From the human T2T-CHM13v2.0 reference genome, Homo sapiens: 64,000 nt of DNA. A program made the position numbers and the translations under genes. The notes under the pieces were generated by a model. It was not told the DNA's origin and searched no databases. It saw only the letters and a program-made list of their open reading frames with translations. This document shows positions 14,201-29,200 of this stretch, piece by piece; position 1 is the first letter of the stretch, and each line of letters opens with the position of its first letter. Location of the stretch: NCBI RefSeq assembly GCF_009914755.1, contig NC_060934.1. The stretch is one strand, 5' to 3'.

Positions 14201-17200
14201 AGAGAGCAGATTTGAAAAACTCTTTTTTTGGTATTTGCAAGTATAGATTTCAAGCGCTCCTAGGCCTATGGCAGAAAAGGAAATATCTTCGTATAAAAAC
14301 TACACAGAATCATTCTCAACAACTACTTTGTGATGTGAGCGTTCAACTCACAGAGTTTAACCTTTCTTTTCATAGAGCACTTTGGAAAGACTCTGTCTGT
14401 AAAGTCTGCAAGTGCTTATTTGGACTTCTTTGAGGCCTTCGTTGGAAACGGGATTTCTTCATATAACGCTGGACAGAAGAATTCTCATTTACTTCTTTGT
14501 GTTGTGTGCATTCAACTCACAGAGTTGAAACTTTCTTTAGAGAGAGCAGATTTGAAACACCCTTTCTGTGGAGTTTGCTAGTGCAGATTTCAAACGCTTC
14601 GAGGACAATGGTAGAAAAGGATATATCTTCGTATTAAAACTAGACAAAATCATTCTCAGAATACACTTTGTGATGTGTGTGTTCCACTTACAGAGTTTAA
14701 CCTTTATTTAATCGAGCAGTTTGGAAACACTCTCTTTGTAAAGTCTCCAAGTGGATAATTGGCCCTCTTTGAGCCCTTCGTTGGAAACGGGATTTCCTCA
14801 TATAATGCTAGACAGAAGAATTCTCAGTAACTTCTTTGTGTTGTTTGTATTCAACTCACAGATTTCAACCTTCCTTTAGAGAGAGCAGATTTGAAACACT
14901 CTTTTTTTTGGTATTTGCAAGTGCAGATTCCAAGCGCTTCTAGGCCTATGGCAGAAAAGGAAATATCTTCGTATAAAAACTACACAGAATCATTCTCAAC
15001 AACTACTTTGTGATGTGTGCGTTCAACTCACAGAGTTTAACCTTTCTTTTCATAGAGCAGTTTGGAAACACTCTGTTTGTAATGTCTGCAAGTGCATATT
15101 TGGACTTCTTTGAGGCCTTCGTTGGAAACGGGATTTCTTCATATAATGCTTGACAGAAGAATTCTCAGTCACATCTTTGTGTTGTGGTATTCAAGTCACA
15201 GAGTTGAAACTTGCTTTAGACAGAGCAGTTTTGAAAATCTCTTTCTGTGGAATTTGCAAGTGGAGATTTCAAGCCATTTGAGGCCAATCTTTGAAATGGA
15301 AATATCTTCGTGTAAAAACTACACAGAATCATTCTCAGGAACTACTTTCTGATGTGTGCGTTCAACACACGGAGTTTAACCGTTCTTTTCATAGAGCAGT
15401 TTGGAAACACTCTGTTTGTAAAGTCTGCAAGTGCATATTTGGACCTCTTTGAGGCCTTCGTTGGAAACGTGATTTCTTCATATAATGCTAGACAGAAGAA
15501 TTATCAGTCACTTCTTTGTGTTGTGTGTATTCAAGTCACAGAGTTGAACCTTCCTTTAGACAGAGCAGTTTTGAAAAACTCTTTCTGTGGAATTTGCAAG
15601 TGGAGATTTCAAGCGATTTGAGGCCAATCTTTGAAATGGAAATCTCTTCGTGTAAAAACTACACAGAATCATTCTCAGAAACTGCTTTGTGATGTCTGCG
15701 TTCAGCTTACAGAGTTTCACCTTTCTTTTTATAGAACAGTTTGGAAAGACTCTGTCTGTAAAGTCTGCAAGTGAATACTTGGACCCCTTTGTGTACTTCG
15801 TTGGAAGAGGGATTTTTTCATTTACTGCTAGACAGAAGAATTCTCAGTAAATCCTTTGTGTTGTGTGAATTCAACTCACAGAGTTGAACCTTCCTTTATT
15901 CAGAGCAGTTTTGAAACACTCTTTTTGTGGAATTTCCAGGTGGAGATTTCAAGAGATTTGACGCCTATCTTAGACATGGAAATATCTTCGTATTAAAACT
16001 ACAGAGTCATTCGCAGAAACTAGTTTGTGATGTGTGCCTTCAACTCACAGAGTTTAACCTTTCTTTTCATAGAGCAGTCTGGAAACACTCTGTTTGTAAA
16101 GTCTGCAAGTGGATATTTGGACCTCTTTGAGGACTCAGTTGGAAACGGGATTTCTTCACATAACGCTAGACAGAAGAATTCTCATTAACTTCTTTGTGTT
16201 GTGTGCATTCAACTCACAGAGTTGAAACTTTCTTTAGAGAGAGCAGATTTGAAACACTCTTTCTGTGGAATTTGCTAGTGCAGATATCAAACGCTTCGAG
16301 GACGATGGCAGAAAAGGTTATATCTTCATATTAAAATTAGACAAAATCATTCTCAGAATACACTTTGTGATGTGTGTGTTCAACTCACAGAGTTTAACAT
16401 TCCTTTAATCGAGCAGTTAGGAAACACTCTTTTTGTAAAGTCTGCAAGTGGATAATTGGCCGTCTTTGAGCCCTTCGCTGGAAACGGGATTTCCTCATAC
16501 AATGCTAGACCGAAGAATTCTCAGTAACTTCTTCGTGTTGTTTGTATTCAACTCAGAGATTTGAACCTTCCTTTGGAGAGAGCAGATTTGAAAAACTCTT
16601 TTTTTGGTATTTGCAAGTACAGATTTCAAGCGCTCCTAGGCCTATGGCAGAAAAGGAAATATCTTCGTATAAAAACTACACAGAATCATTCTCAACAACT
16701 ACTTTGTGATGTGAGCGTTCAACTCACAGAGTTTAACCTTTCTTTTCATAGAGCACTTTGGAAAGACTCTGTCTGTAAAGTCTGCAAGTGCTTATTTGGA
16801 CTTCTTTGAGGCCTTCGTTGGAAACGGGATTTCTTCATATAACGCTGGACAGAAGAATTCTCATTTACTTCTTTGTGTTGTGTGCATTCAACTCACAGAG
16901 TTGAAACTTTCTTTAGAGAGAGCAGATTTGAAACACCCTTTCTGTGGAGTTTGCTAGTGCAGATTTCAAACGCTTCGAGGACAATGGTAGAAAAGGATAT
17001 ATCTTCGTATTAAAACTAGACAAAATCATTCTCAGAATACACTTTGTGATGTGTGTGTTCCACTTACAGAGTTTAACCTTTCTTTAATCGAGCAGTTTGG
17101 AAACACTCTCTTTGTAAAGTCTCCAAGTGGATAATTGGCCCTCTTTGAGCCCTTCGTTGGAAACGGGATTTCCTCATATAATTCTAGACAGAAGAATTCT

Positions 17201-20200
17201 CAGTAACTTCTTTGTGTTGTTTGTATTCAACTCACAGATTTCAACCTTCCTTTAGAGAGAGCAGATTTGAAACACTCTTTTTTTGGTATTTGCAAGTGCA
17301 GATTCCAAGCGCTTCTAGGCCTATGGCAGAAAAGGAAATATCTTCGTATAAAAACTACACAGAATCATTCTCAACAACTACTTTGTGATGTGTGTGTTCA
17401 ACTCACAGAGTTTAACCTTTCTTTTCATAGAGCAGTTTGGAAACACTCTGTTTGTAATGTCTGCAAGTGCATATTTGGACTTCTTTGAGGCCTTCGTTGG
17501 AAACGGGATTTCTTCATACAATGCTTGACAGAAGAATTCTCAGTCACTTCTTTGTGTTGTGGTATTCAAGTCACAGAGTTGAAACTTCCTTTAGACAGAG
17601 CAGTTTTGAAAATCTCTTTCTGTGGAATTTGCAAGTGGAGATTTCAAGCGATTTGAGGCCAATCTTTGAAATGGAAATATCTTCGTGTAAAAACTACACA
17701 GAATCATTCTCAGGAACTGCTTTCTGATGTGTGCGTTCAACACACGGAGTTTAACCTTTCTTTTCATAGAGCAGTTTGGAAACACTCTGTTTGTAAAGTC
17801 TGCAAGTGCATATTTGGACCTCTTTGAGGCCTTCGTTGGAAACGTGATTTCTTCATATAATGCTAGACAGAAGAATTATCAGTCACTTCTTTGTGTTGTG
17901 TGTATTCAAGTCACAGAGTTGAACCTTCCTTTAGACAGAGCAGTTTTGAAAAACTCTTTCTGTGGAATTTGCAAGTGGAGATTTCAAGCGATTTGAGGCC
18001 AATCTTTGAAATGGAAATCTCTTCGTGTAAAAACTACACAGAATCATTCTCAGAAACTGCTTTGTGATGTCTGCGTTCAGCTTACAGAGTTTCACCTTTC
18101 TTTTTATAGAGCAGTTTGGAAAGACTCTGTCTGTAAAGTCTGCAAGTGAATACTTGGACCCCTTTGTGTACTTCGTTGGAAGAGGGATTTTTTCATTTAC
18201 TGCTAGACAGAAGAATTCTCAGTAAATCCTTTGTGTTGTGTGAATTCAACTCACAGAGTTGAACCTTCCTTTATTCAGAGCAGCTTTGAAACACTCTTTT
18301 TGTGGAATTTCCAGGTGGAGATTTCAAGAGATTTGACGCCTATCTTAGACATGGAAATATCTTCGTATTAAAACTACAGAGTCATTCGCAGAAACTAGTT
18401 TGTGATGTGTGCCTTCAACTCACAGAGTTTAACCTTTCTTTTCATAGAGCAGTCTGGAAACACTCTGTTTGTAAAGTCTGCAAGTGGATATTTGGACCTC
18501 TTTGAGGACTCAGTTGGAAACGGGATTTCTTCATATAACGCTAGACAGAAGAATTCTCATTAACTTCTTTGTGTTGTGTGCATTCAACTCACAGAGTTGA
18601 AACTTTCTTTAGAGAGAGCAGATTTGAAACACTCTTTCTGTGGAATTTGCTAGTGCAGATATCAAACGCTTCGAGGACGATGGCAGAAAAGGTTATATCT
18701 TCATATTAAAATTAGACAAAATCATTCTCAGAATACACTTTGTGATGTGTGTGTTCAACTCACAGAGTTTAACATTCCTTTAATCGAGCAGTTAGGAAAC
18801 ACTCTTTTTGTAAAGTCTGCAAGTGGATAATTGGCCGTCTTTAAGCCCTTCGCTGGAAACGGGATTTCCTCATACAATGCTAGACCGAAGAATTCTCAGT
18901 AACTTCTTCGTGTTGTTTGTATTCAACTCAGAGATTTGAACCTTCCTTTGGAGAGAGCAGATTTGAAAAACTCTTTTTTTGGTATTTGCAAGTACAGATT
19001 TCAAGCGCTCCTAGGCCTATGGCAGAAAAGGAAATATCTTCGTATAAAAACTACACAGAATCATTCTCAACAACTACTTTGTGATGTGAGCGTTCAACTC
19101 ACAGAGTTTAACCTTTCTTTTCATAGAGCACTTTGGAAAGACTCTGTCTGTAAAGTCTGCAAGTGCTTATTTGGACTTCTTTGAGGCCTTCGTTGGAAAC
19201 GGGATTTCTTCATATAACGCTGGACAGAAGAATTCTCATTTACTTCTTTGTGTTGTGTGCATTCAACTCACAGAGTTGAAACTTTCTTTAGAGAGAGCAG
19301 ATTTGAAACACCCTTTCTGTGGAGTTTGCTAGTGCAGATTTCAAACGCTTCGAGGACAATGGTAGAAAAGGATATATCTTCGTATTAAAACTAGACAAAA
19401 TCATTCTCAGAATACACTTTGTGATGTGTGTGTTCCACTTACAGAGTTTAACCTTTCTTTAATCGAGCAGTTAGGAAACACTCTCTTTGTAAAGTCTCCA
19501 AGTGGATAATTGGCCCTCTTTGAGCCCTTCGTTGGAAACGGGATTTCCTCATATAATTCTAGACAGAAGAATTCTCAGTAACTTCTTTGTGTTGTTTGTA
19601 TTCAACTCACAGATTTCAACCTTCCTTTAGAGAGAGCAGATTTGAAACACTCTTTTTTTGGTATTTGCAAGTGCAGATTCCAAGCGCTTCTAGGCCTATG
19701 GCAGAAAAGGAAATATCTTCGTATAAAAACTACACAGAATCATTCTCAACAACTACTTTGTGATGTGTGTGTTCAACTCACAGAGTTTAACCTTTCTTTT
19801 CATAGAGCAGTTTGGAAACACTCTGTTTGTAATGTCTGCAAGTGCATATTTGGACTTCTTTGAGGCCTTCGTTGGAAACGGGATTTCTTCATACAATGCT
19901 TGACAGAAGAATTCTCAGTCACTTCTTTGTGTTGTGGTATTCAAGTCACAGAGTTGAAACTTCCTTTAGACAGAGCAGTTTTGAAAATCTCTTTCTGTGG
20001 AATTTGCAAGTGGAGATTTCAAGCGATTTGAGGCCAATCTTTGAAATGGAAATATCTTCGTGTAAAAACTACACAGAATCATTCTCAGGAACTGCTTTCT
20101 GATGTGTGCGTTCAACACACGGAGTTTAACCTTTCTTTTCATAGAGCAGTTTGGAAACACTCTGTTTGTAAAGTCTGCAAGTGCATATTTGGACCTCTTT

Positions 20201-23200
20201 GAGGCCTTCGTTGGAAACGTGATTTCTTCATATAATGCTAGACAGAAGAATTATCAGTCACTTCTTTGTGTTGTGTGTATTCAAGTCACAGAGTTGAACC
20301 TTCCTTTAGACAGAGCAGTTTTGAAAAACTCTTTCTGTGGAATTTGCAAGTGGAGATTTCAAGCGATTTGAGGCCAATCTTTGAAATGGAAATCTCTTCG
20401 TGTAAAAACTACACAGAATCATTCTCAGAAACTGCTTTGTGATGTCTGCGTTCAGCTTACAGAGTTTCACCTTTCTTTTTATAGAGCAGTTTGGAAAGAC
20501 TCTGTCTGTAAAGTCTGCAAGTGAATACTTGGACCCCTTTGTGTACTTCGTTGGAAGAGGGATTTTTTCATTTACTGCTAGACAGAAGAATTCTCAGTAA
20601 ATCCTTTGTGTTGTGTGAATTCAACTCACAGAGTTGAACCTTCCTTTATTCAGAGCAGCTTTGAAACACTCTTTTTGTGGAATTTCCAGGTGGAGATTTC
20701 AAGAGATTTGACGCCTATCTTAGACATGGAAATATCTTCGTATTAAAACTACAGAGTCATTCGCAGAAACTAGTTTGTGATGTGTGCCTTCAACTCACAG
20801 AGTTTAACCTTTCTTTTCATAGAGCAGTCTGGAAACACTCTGTTTGTAAAGTCTGCAAGTGGATATTTGGACCTCTTTGAGGACTCAGTTGGAAACGGGA
20901 TTTCTTCATATAACGCTAGACAGAAGAATTCTCATTAACTTCTTTGTGTTGTGTGCATTCAACTCACAGAGTTGAAACTTTCTTTAGAGAGAGCAGATTT
21001 GAAACACTCTTTCTGTGGAATTTGCTAGTGCAGATATCAAACGCTTCGAGGACGATGGCAGAAAAAGTTATATCTTCATATTAAAATTAGACAAAATCAT
21101 TCTCAGAATACACTTTGTGATGTGTGTGTTCAACTCACAGAGTTTAACATTCCTTTAATCGAGCAGTTAGGAAACACTCTTTTTGTAAAGTCTGCAAGTG
21201 GATAATTGGCCGTCTTTGAGCCCTTCGCTGGAAACGGGATTTCCTCATACAATGCTAGACCGAAGAATTCTCAGTAACTTCTTCGTGTTGTTTGTATTCA
21301 ACTCAGAGATTTGAACCTTCCTTTGGAGAGAGCAGATTTGAAAAACTCTTTTTTTGGTATTTGCAAGTACAGATTTCAAGCGCTCCTAGGCCTATGGCAG
21401 AAAAGGAAATATCTTCGTATAAAAACTACACAGAATCATTCTCAACAACTACTTTGTGATGTGAGCGTTCAACTCACAGAGTTTAACCTTTCTTTTCATA
21501 GAGCACTTTGGAAAGACTCTGTCTGTAAAGTCTGCAAGTGCTTATTTGGACTTCTTTGAGGCCTTCGTTGGAAACGGGATTTCTTCATATAACGCTGGAC
21601 AGAAGAATTCTCATTTACTTCTTTGTGTTGTGTGCATTCAACTCACAGAGTTGAAACTTTCTTTAGAGAGAGCAGATTTGAAACACCCTTTCTGTGGAGT
21701 TTGCTAGTGCAGATTTCAAACGCTTCGAGGACAATGGTAGAAAAGGATATATCTTCGTATTAAAACTAGACAAAATCATTCTCAGAATACACTTTGTGAT
21801 GTGTGTGTTCCACTTACAGAGTTTAACCTTTCTTTAATCGAGCAGTTAGGAAACACTCTCTTTGTAAAGTCTCCAAGTGGATAATTGGCCCTCTTTGAGC
21901 CCTTCGTTGGAAACGGGATTTCCTCATATAATTCTAGACAGAAGAATTCTCAGTAACTTCTTTGTGTTGTTTGTATTCAACTCACAGATTTCAACCTTCC
22001 TTTAGAGAGAGCAGATTTGAAACACTCTTTTTTTGGTATTTGCAAGTGCAGATTCCAAGCGCTTCTAGGCCTATGGCAGAAAAGGAAATATCTTCGTATA
22101 AAAACTACACAGAATCATTCTCAACAACTACTTTGTGATGTGTGTGTTCAACTCACAGAGTTTAACCTTTCTTTTCATAGAGCAGTTTGGAAACACTCTG
22201 TTTGTAATGTCTGCAAGTGCATATTTGGACTTCTTTGAGGCCTTCGTTGGAAACGGGATTTCTTCATACAATGCTTGACAGAAGAATTCTCAGTCACTTC
22301 TTTGTGTTGTGGTATTCAAGTCACAGAGTTGAAACTTCCTTTAGACAGAGCAGTTTTGAAAATCTCTTTCTGTGGAATTTGCAAGTGGAGATTTCAAGCG
22401 ATTTGAGGCCAATCTTTGAAATGGAAATATCTTCGTGTAAAAACTACACAGAATCATTCTCAGGAACTGCTTTCTGATGTGTGCGTTCAACACACGGAGT
22501 TTAACCTTTCTTTTCATAGAGCAGTTTGGAAACACTCTGTTTGTAAAGTCTGCAAGTGCATATTTGGACCTCTTTGAGGCCTTCGTTGGAAACGTGATTT
22601 CTTCATATAATGCTAGACAGAAGAATTATCAGTCACTTCTTTGTGTTGTGTGTATTCAAGTCACAGAGTTGAACCTTCCTTTAGACAGAGCAGTTTTGAA
22701 AAACTCTTTCTGTGGAATTTGCAAGTGGAGATTTCAAGCGATTTGAGGCCAATCTTTGAAATGGAAATCTCTTCGTGTAAAAACTACACAGAATCATTCT
22801 CAGAAACTGCTTTGTGATGTCTGCGTTCAGCTTACAGAGTTTCACCTTTCTTTTTATAGAGCAGTTTGGAAAGACTCTGTCTGTAAAGTCTGCAAGTGAA
22901 TACTTGGACCCCTTTGTGTACTTCGTTGGAAGAGGGATTTTTTCATTTACTGCTAGACAGAAGAATTCTCAGTAAATCCTTTGTGTTGTGTGAATTCAAC
23001 TCACAGAGTTGAACCTTCCTTTATTCAGAGCAGCTTTGAAACACTCTTTTTGTGGAATTTCCAGGTGGAGATTTCAAGAGATTTGACGCCTATCTTAGAC
23101 ATGGAAATATCTTCGTATTAAAACTACAGAGTCATTCGCAGAAACTAGTTTGTGATGTGTGCCTTCAACTCACAGAGTTTAACCTTTCTTTTCATAGAGC

Positions 23201-26200
23201 AGTCTGGAAACACTCTGTTTGTAAAGTCTGCAAGTGGATATTTGGACCTCTTTGAGGACTCAGTTGGAAACGGGATTTCTTCATATAACGCTAGACAGAA
23301 GAATTCTCATTAACTTCTTTGTGTTGTGTGCATTCAACTCACAGAGTTGAAACTTTCTTTAGAGAGAGCAGATTTGAAACACTCTTTCTGTGGAATTTGC
23401 TAGTGCAGATATCAAACGCTTCGAGGACGATGGCAGAAAAGGTTATATCTTCATATTAAAATTAGACAAAATCATTCTCAGAATACACTTTGTGATGTGT
23501 GTGTTCAACTCACAGAGTTTAACATTCCTTTAATCGAGCAGTTAGGAAACACTCTTTTTGTAAAGTCTGCAAGTGGATAATTGGCCGTCTTTGAGCCCTT
23601 CGCTGGAAACGGGATTTCCTCATACAATGCTAGACCGAAGAATTCTCAGTAACTTCTTCGTGTTGTTTGTATTCAACTCAGAGATTTGAACCTTCCTTTG
23701 GAGAGAGCAGATTTGAAAAACTCTTTTTTTGGTATTTGCAAGTACAGATTTCAAGCGCTCCTAGGCCTATGGCAGAAAAGGAAATATCTTCGTATAAAAA
23801 CTACACAGAATCATTCTCAACAACTACTTTGTGATGTGAGCGTTCAACTCACAGAGTTTAACCTTTCTTTTCATAGAGCACTTTGGAAAGACTCTGTCTG
23901 TAAAGTCTGCAAGTGCTTATTTGGACTTCTTTGAGGCCTTCGTTGGAAACGGGATTTCTTCATATAACGCTGGACAGAAGAATTCTCATTTACTTCTTTG
24001 TGTTGTGTGCATTCAACTCACAGAGTTGAAACTTTCTTTAGAGAGAGCAGATTTGAAACACCCTTTCTGTGGAGTTTGCTAGTGCAGATTTCAAACGCTT
24101 CGAGGACAATGGTAGAAAAGGATATATCTTCGTATTAAAACTAGACAAAATCATTCTCAGAATACACTTTGTGATGTGTGTGTTCCACTTACAGAGTTTA
24201 ACCTTTCTTTAATCGAGCAGTTAGGAAACACTCTCTTTGTAAAGTCTCCAAGTGGATAATTGGCCCTCTTTGAGCCCTTCGTTGGAAACGGGATTTCCTC
24301 ATATAATTCTAGACAGAAGAATTCTCAGTAACTTCTTTGTGTTGTTTGTATTCAACTCACAGATTTCAACCTTCCTTTAGAGAGAGCAGATTTGAAACAC
24401 TCTTTTTTTGGTATTTGCAAGTGCAGATTCCAAGCGCTTCTAGGCCTATGGCAGAAAAGGAAATATCTTCGTATAAAAACTACACAGAATCATTCTCAAC
24501 AACTACTTTGTGATGTGTGTGTTCAACTCACAGAGTTTAACCTTTCTTTTCATAGAGCAGTTTGGAAACACTCTGTTTGTAATGTCTGCAAGTGCATATT
24601 TGGACTTCTTTGAGGCCTTCGTTGGAAACGGGATTTCTTCATACAATGCTTGACAGAAGAATTCTCAGTCACTTCTTTGTGTTGTGGTATTCAAGTCACA
24701 GAGTTGAAACTTCCTTTAGACAGAGCAGTTTTGAAAATCTCTTTCTGTGGAATTTGCAAGTGGAGATTTCAAGCGATTTGAGGCCAATCTTTGAAATGGA
24801 AATATCTTCGTGTAAAAACTACACAGAATCATTCTCAGGAACTGCTTTCTGATGTGTGCGTTCAACACACGGAGTTTAACCTTTCTTTTCATAGAGCAGT
24901 TTGGAAACACTCTGTTTGTAAAGTCTGCAAGTGCATATTTGGACCTCTTTGAGGCCTTCGTTGGAAACGTGATTTCTTCATATAATGCTAGACAGAAGAA
25001 TTATCAGTCACTTCTTTGTGTTGTGTGTATTCAAGTCACAGAGTTGAACCTTCCTTTAGACAGAGCAGTTTTGAAAAACTCTTTCTGTGGAATTTGCAAG
25101 TGGAGATTTCAAGCGATTTGAGGCCAATCTTTGAAATGGAAATCTCTTCGTGTAAAAACTACACAGAATCATTCTCAGAAACTGCTTTGTGATGTCTGCG
25201 TTCAGCTTACAGAGTTTCACCTTTCTTTTTATAGAGCAGTTTGGAAAGACTCTGTCTGTAAAGTCTGCAAGTGAATACTTGGACCCCTTTGTGTACTTCG
25301 TTGGAAGAGGGATTTTTTCATTTACTGCTAGACAGAAGAATTCTCAGTAAATCCTTTGTGTTGTGTGAATTCAACTCACAGAGTTGAACCTTCCTTTATT
25401 CAGAGCAGCTTTGAAACACTCTTTTTGTGGAATTTCCAGGTGGAGATTTCAAGAGATTTGACGCCTATCTTAGACATGGAAATATCTTCGTATTAAAACT
25501 ACAGAGTCATTCGCAGAAACTAGTTTGTGATGTGTGCCTTCAACTCACAGAGTTTAACCTTTCTTTTCATAGAGCAGTCTGGAAACACTCTGTTTGTAAA
25601 GTCTGCAAGTGGATATTTGGACCTCTTTGAGGACTCAGTTGGAAACGGGATTTCTTCATATAACGCTAGACAGAAGAATTCTCATTAAGTTCTTTGTGTT
25701 GTGTGCATTCAACTCACAGAGTTGAAACTTTCTTTAGAGAGAGCAGATTTGAAACACTCTTTCTGTGGAATTTGCTAGTGCAGATATCAAACGCTTCGAG
25801 GACAATGGCAGAAAAGGTTATATCTTCATATTAAAATTAGAGAAAATCATTCTCAGAATACACTTTGTGATGTGTGTGTTCAACTCACAGAGTTTAACAT
25901 TCCTTTAATCGAGCAGTTAGGAAACAATCTCTTTGTAAAGTCTGCAAGTGGATAATTGGCCGTCTTTGAGCCCTTCGCTGGAAACGGGATTTCCTCATAT
26001 AATGCTAGACAGAAGAATTCTCAGTAACTTCTTCGTGTTGTTTGTATTCAACTCAGAGATTTGAACCTTCCTTTGGAGAGAGCAGATTTGAGAAACTCTT
26101 TTTTTGGTATTTGCAAGTACAGATTTCAAGCGCTCCTAGGCCTATGGCAGAAAAGGAAATATCTTTGTATAAAAACTACACAGAATCATTCTCAACAACT

Positions 26201-29200
26201 ACTTAGTGATGTGAGCGTTCAACTCACAGAGTTTAACCTTTCTTTTCATAGAGCACTTTGGAAAGACACTGTCTGTAAAGTCTGCAAGTGCTTATTTGGA
26301 CTTCTTTGAGGCCTTCGTTGGAAACGGGATTTCTTCATATAACGCTAGACAGAATTCTCATTTACTTCTTTGTGTTGTGTGCATTCAACTCACAGAGTTG
26401 AAACTTTCTTTAGAGAGAGCAGATTTGAAACACCCTTTCTGTGGAGTTTGCTAGTGCAGATTTCAAACGCTTCGAGGACAATGGTAGAAAAGGATATATC
26501 TTCGTATTAAAACTAGACAAAATCATTCTCAGAATACACTTTGTGATGTGTGTGTTCCACTTACAGAGTTTAACTTTTCCTTAATCGAGCAGTTTGGAAA
26601 CACTCTCTTTGTAAAGTCTCCAAGTGGATAATTGGCCCTCTTTGAGCCCTTCGTTGGAAACGGGATTTCCTCATATAATTCTAGAAAGAAGAATTCTCAG
26701 TAACTTCTTTGTGTTGTTTGTATTCAACTCACAGATTTCAACCTTCCTTTAGAGAGAGCAGATTTGAAACACTCTTTTTTTGGTATTTGCAAGTGCAGAT
26801 TCCAAGCGCTTCTAGGCCTATGGCAGAAAAGGAAATATCTTCGTATAAAAACTACACAGAATCATTCTCAACAACTACTTTGTGATGTGTGTGTTCAACT
26901 CACAGAGTTTAACCTTTCTTTTCATAGAGCAGTTTGGAAACACTCTGTTTGTAATGTCTGCAAGTGCATATTTCGACTTCTTTGAGGCCTTCGTTGGAAA
27001 CGGGATTTCTTCATACAATGCTTGACAGAAGAATTCTCAGTCACTTCTTTGTGTTGTGGTATTCAAGTCACAGAGTTGAAACTTCCTTTAGACAGAGCAG
27101 TTTTGAAAATCTCTTTCTGTGGAATTTGCAAGTGGAGATTTCAAGCGATTTGAGGCCAATCTTTGAAATGGAAATATCTTCGTGTAAAAACTACACAGAA
27201 TCATTCTCAGGAACTGCTTTCTAATGTGTGCGTTCAACACACGGAGTTTAACCTTTCTTTTCATAGAGCAGTTTGGAAACACTCTGTTTGTAAAGTCTGC
27301 AAGTGCATATTTGAACCTCTTTGAGGCCTTCGTTGGAAACGTGATTTCTTCATATAATGCTAGACAGAAGAATTATCAGTCACTTCTTTGTGTTGTGTGT
27401 ATTCAAGTCACAGAGTTGAACCTTCCTTTAGACAGAGCAGTTTTGAAAAACTCTTTCTGTGGAATTTGCAAGTGGAGATTTCAAGCGATTTGAGGCCAAT
27501 CTTTGAAATGGAAATCTCTTCGTGTAAAAACTACACAGAATCATTCTCAGAAACTGCTTTGTGATGTCTGCGTTCAGCTTACAGAGTTTCACCTTTCTTT
27601 TTATAGAGCAGTTTGGAAAGACTCTGTCTGTAAAGTCTGCAAGTGAATACTTGGACACCTTTGTGTACTTCGTTGGAAGAGGGATTTTTTCATTTACTGC
27701 TAGACAGAAGAATTCTCAGTAAATCCTTTGTGTTGTGTGAATTCAACTCACAGAGTTGAACCTTCCTTTATTCAGAGCAGCTTTGAAACACTCTTTTTGT
27801 GGAATTTCCAGGTGGAGATTTCAAGAGATTTGACGCCTATCTTAGACATGGAAATATCTTCGTATTAAAACTACAGAGTCATTCGCAGAAACTAGTTTGT
27901 GATGTGTGCCTTCAACTCACAGAGTTTAAGCTTTCTTTTCATAGAGCAGTCTGGAAACACTCTGTTTGTAAAGTCTGCAAGTGGATATTTGGACCTCTTT
28001 GAGGACTCAGTTGGAAACGGGATTTCTTCATATAACGCTAGACAGAAGAATTCTCATTAAGTTCTTTGTGTTGTGTGCATTCAACTCACAGAGTTGAAAC
28101 TTTCTTTAGAGAGAGCAGATTTGAAACACTCTTTCTGTGGAATTTGCTAGTGCAGATATCAAACGCTTCGAGGACAATGGCAGAAAAGGTTATATCTTCA
28201 TATTAAAATTAGAGAAAATCATTCTCAGAATACACTTTGTGATGTGTGTGTTCAACTCACAGAGTTTAACATTCCTTTAATCGAGCAGTTAGGAAACACT
28301 CTTTTTGTAAAGTCTGCAAGTGGATAATTGGCCGTCTTTGAGCCCTTCGCTGGAAACGGGATTTCCTCATATAATGCTAGACCGAAGAATTCTCAGTAAA
28401 TTCTTCGTGTTGTTTGTATTCAACTCAGAGATTTGAACCTTCCTTTGCAGAGAGCAGATTTGAAAAACTCTTTTTTTGGTATTTGCAAGTATAGATTTCA
28501 AGCGCTCCTAGGCCTATGGCAGAAAAGGAAATATCTTCGTATAAAAACTACACAGAATCATTCTCAACAACTACTTTGTGATGTGAGCGTTCAACTCACA
28601 GAGTTTAACCTTTCTTTTCATAGAGCACTTTGGAAAGACTCTGTCTGTAAAGTCTGCAAGTGCTTATTTGGACTTCTTTGAGGCCTTCGTTGGAAACGGG
28701 ATTTCTTCATATAACGCTGGACAGAAGAATTCTCATTTACTTCTTTGTGTTGTGTGCATTCAACTCTGAGTTGAAACTTTCTTTAGAGAGAGCAGATTTG
28801 AAATACCCTTTCTGTGGAGTTTGCTAGTGCAGATTTCAAACGCTTCGAGGACAATGGTAGAAAAGGATATATCTTCGTATTAAAACTAGATAAAATCATT
28901 CTCAGAATACACTTTGTGATGTGTGTGTTCCACTTACAGAGTTTAACCTTTCTTTAATCGAGCAGTTTGGAAACACTCTCTTTGTAAAGTCTCCAAGTGG
29001 ATAATTGGCCCTCTTTGAGCCCTTCGTTGGAAACGGGATTTCCTCATATAATTCTAGACAGAAGAATTCTCAGTAACTTCTTTGTGTTGTTTGTATTCAA
29101 CTCACAGATTTCAACCTTCCTTTAGAGAGAGCAGATTTGAAACACTCTTTTTTTGGTATTTGCAAGTGCAGATTCCAAGCGCTTCTAGGCCTATGGCAGA

